Below, one piece after another: positions 30,555 through 32,000 of a stretch of DNA of 32,000 nt (positions within the stretch are counted from its first letter, which is position 1; each line of letters starts with the position of its first letter). The notes under the pieces were generated by a model that was not told the DNA's origin, searched no databases, and saw nothing but the letters and a program-made list of their open reading frames with translations. A program made the translations under genes and the position numbers. The stretch is from positions 2,550,001-2,582,000 of the forward strand of contig NC_010655.1 in the NCBI RefSeq assembly GCF_000020225.1, read 5' to 3'. Origin of the DNA: Akkermansia muciniphila ATCC BAA-835 (lineage in GTDB: Bacteria > Verrucomicrobiota > Verrucomicrobiia > Verrucomicrobiales > Akkermansiaceae).

Positions 30555-30561
30555 GGATACA

Positions 30562-31419
30562 TTACTTTCCCCACCGTTCCGTGATGCCGCCGTAGGAGTC
30601 AATGCGGCGGTCACGGAAAAAGGGCCAGATGCGGCGGTGGTCTTCCAATGCGTCCAGGTCAAGGTCCGCGTACAGGATGGCTTCATCGCTGACGGGAGCC
30701 TTCGCCACAATCTGGCCATAGTAGTCCGCCACAAAGGACTGCCCCCAGAATTCGCTTTCCCCTTCCGTCCCCACCCGGTTGACGGCGCAGACATAGCAGC
30801 CGTTGGCCACGGCATGGCCGCGCTGCACGGTTTCCCACGCGCAGTGCTGCTGTTCCCCCAGCAGGGGCTTTTCCTCCGGCAGCCAGCCGATGGCCGTGGG
30901 GTAAAAAATGATTTCCGCCCCCTGCATGGCCGTCAGGCGCGCGGCTTCCGGGTACCACTGGTCCCAGCAGATGAGCACGCCGATGCGGCCGAATTTGGTG
31001 TCGAACGCCTTATAGCCCAGGTCGCCGGGGGTGAAGTAGAATTTTTCTTCAAACCCGGGATCCTGCGGAATATGCATCTTGCGGTACATGCCCAGGAACG
31101 AACCGTCCGCATCCACCACCCAGGCGGTATTGTGGTAAAGCCCGGTGGCGCGCTTTTCAAAGCCGGAGGCAACAATCACCACGCCCAGTTCCGCCGCCAG
31201 TTTCCTGTGGGCTTCCGTCAATTCCCCGGGAACAGGTTCCGCCAAGTCGAATAAATCGCATTCCTCCGTCCTGCAAAAGTATTCCGTGGTAAAAAGTTCC
31301 TGGGTGCAGACAATCTGCGCGCCGTTGGCGGCGGCTTCACGGATGGCGGATTCCGTCTTTTCCTTGTTCACGGAAGGCCGGGCATCTGCGGACAGTTGAA
31401 TGAGTGCAATTTTCGGCAT
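30562..31419 (-). CDS. aguB: N-carbamoylputrescine amidase (nitrilase/CN-hydrolase superfamily)
   Basis: The 285-aa protein has long collinear similarity, from memory, to plant and bacterial N-carbamoylputrescine amidases. Shared stretches: QELF...YFC, YRKMHIPQDPGFEEKFYFTPGD.G...F.T.FG.IGV.ICWDQWYPEAAR....QGAEI.FYPTAIG, and WGQSF.....G.I. The catalytic Cys lies in ICWDQW. Confidence 0.9.
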   Translation of the reverse strand: MPKIALIQLSADARPSVNKEKTESAIREAAANGAQIVCTQELFTTEYFCRTEECDLFDLAEPVPGELTEAHRKLAAELGVVIVASGFEKRATGLYHNTAWVVDADGSFLGMYRKMHIPQDPGFEEKFYFTPGDLGYKAFDTKFGRIGVLICWDQWYPEAARLTAMQGAEIIFYPTAIGWLPEEKPLLGEQQHCAWETVQRGHAVANGCYVCAVNRVGTEGESEFWGQSFVADYYGQIVAKAPVSDEAILYADLDLDALEDHRRIWPFFRDRRIDSYGGITERWGK

Positions 31420-31522
31420 GCCCCTTCCTTACCCCGTTTCCCTTCCCATTCCAAGCAGGGAAAATGAACGCGGCGCGATTATTTGGTGGAAAACGGCCCG
31501 GAAAGTGCTATGAAATTGCAAT

Positions 31523-32000
31523 ATGGAACCCGTCACCCCCACTCTGCCCGACGACGACGTAGCCGCCATTGACCGGCTCGGCGCCATTTACAAGGAGCTT
31601 TCCTCGGAATTGAGCAAAATGATCATTGGCCAGCAACGCGTCGTGGAGCTGCTGAGCATCGCCCTGTTTTCCCGCGGGCATGCCCTCCTGATGGGAGTTC
31701 CGGGCCTGGCGAAGACGCTGCTGGTCAGTTCCGTGGCAAAAACGCTGGACCTTAGTTTCAACCGCATCCAGTTCACGCCGGACCTGATGCCCGCGGACAT
31801 TACCGGCACGGACATCATCCAGGATGATTCCGCCGGCGGCAAGCGCCAGTTCGAGTTCATCAGGGGGCCCGTGTTCGCCAACATCGTGCTGGCGGACGAA
31901 ATCAACCGCGCCCCCGCCAAAACCCAGTCCGCCCTGCTGGAGGCCATGCAGGAGCGCCGCGTCACCGTCATGGGCCGCACCTTCACCCTGCTCCCCCCCT
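31523..32000 (+). CDS. MoxR-family AAA+ ATPase, N-terminal part (3' end outside window)
   Basis: This gene is not in the ORF track because no stop is reached. From ATG 31523 the frame is open to the window end and reads [68 protein letters not shown]...[18 protein letters not shown]...[35 protein letters not shown]. That is Walker A, Walker B and the MoxR signature. Confidence 0.9.
   Translation, partial: MEPVTPTLPDDDVAAIDRLGAIYKELSSELSKMIIGQQRVVELLSIALFSRGHALLMGVPGLAKTLLVSSVAKTLDLSFNRIQFTPDLMPADITGTDIIQDDSAGGKRQFEFIRGPVFANIVLADEINRAPAKTQSALLEAMQERRVTVMGRTFTLLPP

Larger units (their letters stand above)
29762..30561. other. AT-rich genomic islet (probable horizontally acquired insert) between convergent core genes
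   Basis: Composition drops abruptly. Sampled 60-nt lines at 29881 and 30061 count 13/60 and 16/60 G+C, against 38/60 at 29401. The islet is bounded by a 12-nt direct repeat and fills exactly the gap between the dehydrogenase stop and the aguB stop. No integrase or transposase is present. Confidence 0.6.

Overview
This is a 32-kb chromosomal window, high in G+C (a sampled flanking 60-nt line counted 63%) and densely coding on both strands. No rRNA, tRNA, CRISPR array, transposase or integrase is visible. The gene content points to a mucin-foraging Verrucomicrobiota genome of the Akkermansia type: two PEP-CTERM-anchored secreted proteins, a GH16 glycanase, a NahK-type N-acetylhexosamine kinase, FucU and a GH3 NagZ. 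That assignment is an inference; no search was run. Housekeeping genes recognised from their translations are metG, menD, a short NADP-malic enzyme, pyrE, serS, hemW, aguB, a MalY/PatB C-S lyase, a YkuD L,D-transpeptidase, a Zn-dependent dehydrogenase and a MoxR ATPase cut by the window end. Six things deserve a second look. (1) A cobalamin riboswitch (core about 10337-10411) appears to control only a small PEP-CTERM surface protein of unknown function, a candidate new corrinoid-capture protein. (2) Two giant single-pass membrane proteins (13622-18004 and 21886-24795) share an N-terminal cytoplasmic module of about 100 aa, with REFCP at residues 46-50 in both. It looks like a catalytically dead kinase N-lobe and is fused to unrelated ectodomains. 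(3) A roughly 0.8-kb AT-rich islet (22-27% G+C in sampled lines) lies between two convergent core genes, is bounded by a 12-nt direct repeat, and encodes one orphan 3-TM protein. (4) A C10 homopolymer sits inside an acyltransferase-3/SGNH O-acyltransferase gene with a stop codon poised in the -1 state, suggesting phase variation. (5) A 750-nt gene-free tract contains a 19-bp composite hairpin. (6) One giant protein has a PK/PE tandem-repeat linker. Many very long antisense ORFs in the track are rejected as GC/codon-bias artefacts.
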